Source: Candidatus Latescibacterota bacterium
Lineage (GTDB): Bacteria > Latescibacterota > UBA2968 > SICM01
Assembly (NCBI GenBank): GCA_965217865.1
Contig: CBDCJO010000002.1
Location: 4,000,001-4,064,000, forward strand
Length of the DNA stretch: 64,000 nt
Direction: 5' to 3'
Part shown: piece by piece, positions 61,914-64,000 of the stretch
Layout: the number at the start of each line of letters is the position of its first letter
How positions within the stretch are numbered: position 1 is the first letter of the stretch
Made by a program: the position numbers and the translations under genes
Notes under the pieces: generated by a model
The model's input: only the letters and a program-made list of their open reading frames with translations
What the model was told of the DNA's origin: nothing
The model's database searches: none

Positions 61914-63164
61914 ATGCCATATCAGGTTAAAGACATCAATTTGCACGATCAAGGCCTTAGGAACATCGAGTGGGCGGAAAAGCAGATGGGGGCTCTTGTG
62001 GCGGTGCGGAAACGGTTCGAGGAAGAAAAACCGTTGAAAGGATATCGCGTCGGGATGGCCTTACACGTGACTAAAGAGACAGCCGTGCTCGTGAAGACCC
62101 TCCGGGCAGGTGGGGCGGACGTGGCCATCACTTCGTGCAACCCGTTGTCCACCCAAGACGATGTGGCCGCAGCACTGGCTTACGAGGATATCGCGGTGTA
62201 TGGGCATAAAGGGGAATCCCGGGAGGATTACTTCAAGTTTCTGAATGAAATCATCGCGTTCCGGCCGCACGTAACGATCGACGATGGATGTGACCTGGTT
62301 TCGGAGATCCACACCAAGCATCACGATCTGCTAGAAGATATTGCATTCGGATGTGAAGAGACGACCACCGGGGTCATCAGACTCCGCGCGATGGAGAAGG
62401 ACAACGCCCTCAAGTACCCGATGATCGCCGTGAATGACTGCAACACCAAGCACCTGATGGATAACTTCTACGGAACGGGTCAATCCGCTCTGGACGGCGT
62501 CATTCGCGCCTCGAACCTGCTGATAAGCGGAAAAACCCTCGTTGTTTCGGGGTATGGGAACTGTGGAAAGGGCGTGGCTTCCCGCGGCCGGGGGCTGGGT
62601 GCTGAAGTCGTCGTGACCGAGGTGGACCCGTTCCGCGCGCTCCAGGCGAGGATGGACGGGTTCCGCGTGATGCCGATGGACCAGGTCGTCGGGATAGGCG
62701 ATCTGTTTGTGACTGTGACAGGCGGGAAACACGCGGTTTCAGCCCAGCACGTGGAAAGAATGAAAGACGGCGCCGTTCTGGCGAATGCGGGACACTTCGA
62801 CATTGAGATAGACGTGGCGGGGATCGAGAAGCTCGCAACACGAAAGCGGGAGGTGAGGCCGCTTTTTGAGGAGTACACGATCGGGAATCGGGCAGTCTAT
62901 CTTTGCGGGGAGGGGCGGCTGGTTAATCTCGCCTGCGCGGAAGGGCATCCTTCGACGGTGATGGCGTTATCCTTCTGCGACCAGGCCATGGGCGTGGAAT
63001 ACGGAGTGAAACACTACCGCGACATGGAACCCAAGGTTTATCGACTGCCGGACGAGATCGATCAGGAAGTTGCCCGTTTGCAGCTGAAGGCGATGGACGT
63101 TAATATCGATGAACTGACCGAAGAGCAGGAAGCGTATCTGGGTTCGTGGAAAGAGGGGACATAG
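61914..63164 (+). CDS. ahcY: Adenosylhomocysteinase
   Basis: SCNPLSTQD, EETTTG, GYGNCGKG, EGRLVNL...GHP. Confidence 0.97.
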   Translation: MPYQVKDINLHDQGLRNIEWAEKQMGALVAVRKRFEEEKPLKGYRVGMALHVTKETAVLVKTLRAGGADVAITSCNPLSTQDDVAAALAYEDIAVYGHKGESREDYFKFLNEIIAFRPHVTIDDGCDLVSEIHTKHHDLLEDIAFGCEETTTGVIRLRAMEKDNALKYPMIAVNDCNTKHLMDNFYGTGQSALDGVIRASNLLISGKTLVVSGYGNCGKGVASRGRGLGAEVVVTEVDPFRALQARMDGFRVMPMDQVVGIGDLFVTVTGGKHAVSAQHVERMKDGAVLANAGHFDIEIDVAGIEKLATRKREVRPLFEEYTIGNRAVYLCGEGRLVNLACAEGHPSTVMALSFCDQAMGVEYGVKHYRDMEPKVYRLPDEIDQEVARLQLKAMDVNIDELTEEQEAYLGSWKEGT

Positions 63165-63179
63165 AGGCCGGACTCCCCA

Positions 63180-63566
63180 TCACCTGTTTTTACCTGCCGG
63201 CGGTATCCGCGGCAGTCGTGCGGCGGAAATCCCCCATACCAGACAATTGGCCCCCAAAAAGGCAATCGCATAGACCGTCGGGATTCCGGGTGTCGTTGCT
63301 GTGAAGTAGGTGCCCAGGGAAACCAAAGCCAGTATGAATATGCCGGCCAACACTCGCCCGGATTTCCTGAAGATGGCCTCCCTTCTTTCTTGCCGAACCC
63401 GTTTCGCGTGGAGTTTAATGTGGCGGGTTAACTGTTTATTGGCCGGCGGTCCGACAAATACAAGCTTATTTTTACATCCCGGGCATTTCATACGGAGTGT
63501 GCGATCGACCAGTTTTTCTTTCGCAACCCGATAGGTCGCTCCGCATTTATCACACTGAATGATCAT
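63180..63566 (-). CDS. Zinc-ribbon (MJ0042-like) membrane protein
   Basis: CDKC...CPGC followed by two TM helices. Confidence 0.8.
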   Translation of the reverse strand: MIIQCDKCGATYRVAKEKLVDRTLRMKCPGCKNKLVFVGPPANKQLTRHIKLHAKRVRQERREAIFRKSGRVLAGIFILALVSLGTYFTATTPGIPTVYAIAFLGANCLVWGISAARLPRIPPAGKNR

Positions 63567-63670
63567 AAGTCAGCCTGCCCGTGGAACGGCTCAAAGGTTC
63601 CTCAACGGCGTTGACTTTCTTAGGAAGCTCAGGAAAAGGATCGGCGAGGGAGACGGGGGAACGGAGTTTT

Positions 63671-63886
63671 TTAGATAGCGTGGTTGATGATCAAGCCGTA
63701 GAGCCCGTTTGCGGGACCATAACCGTCCCTTACCAACTGGCGTAGGTGATTGAGCACCTCATCCCGATCATCGTTGTTCGACAGGTCGTATCCGACGGAT
63801 CGCAGATGGCCGTCGACCCGGTTCGTCCGGGAGGTCGATTCAAAGATACGAATTCGAAAATCCTGGGTAGAGACGATTTTCGTCAT
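63671..63886 (-). CDS. Small hypothetical protein
   Basis: 71-aa ORF only. Confidence 0.4.
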   Translation of the reverse strand: MTKIVSTQDFRIRIFESTSRTNRVDGHLRSVGYDLSNNDDRDEVLNHLRQLVRDGYGPANGLYGLIINHAI

Positions 63887-64000
63887 CGAAAACCCCCGGC
63901 GGGACCCGGTTTAAATCAGGCGTAACTGTTTGGAATAAAAGGGATTGCGATGAAAATGAAGAGGACTCCCGGACATCCCACCCCTAGCATGTGCCGAGAG

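Overview
GC-rich bacterial chromosomal window. The FlgD-Ig/T9SS-like C-terminal tails, dockerin/cohesin-like modules and many sialidase-, sulfatase- and PhyH-type genes suggest an FCB-group lineage such as Ca. Latescibacterota (inference). Layout: 1-6.7 kb, two large secreted proteins; 7-10 kb, tandem-duplicated M24 peptidases; 10.5-24 kb, minus-strand glycan/aminosugar genes; 24-34 kb, mixed lipid and housekeeping genes; 34-42 kb, a mobile hotspot with two identical inverted ISL3 copies and a complete 2.9-kb IS1595-family element; 42-49.6 kb, metabolic genes and methyltransferases; 49.8-56 kb, a PVM-like bacterial microcompartment operon; 57-63 kb, ptsH-ptsI-nucleotidyltransferase-metK-ahcY. 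The strongest candidate for an undescribed system is the IS1595 element (39344-42258). It has an 8-bp target duplication and terminal repeats that double as promoters. Its cargo is a DNA methyltransferase-HNH nuclease fusion, a Pycsar-effector-like membrane protein and an unannotated 35-aa polyproline peptide. A second striking signal is a set of strand-biased heptamer/REP mosaics in most intergenic gaps of the first 46 kb, which all three IS copies use as landing sites. Four single-base homopolymer frameshifts look like assembly errors. No rRNA, tRNA or CRISPR array was seen.
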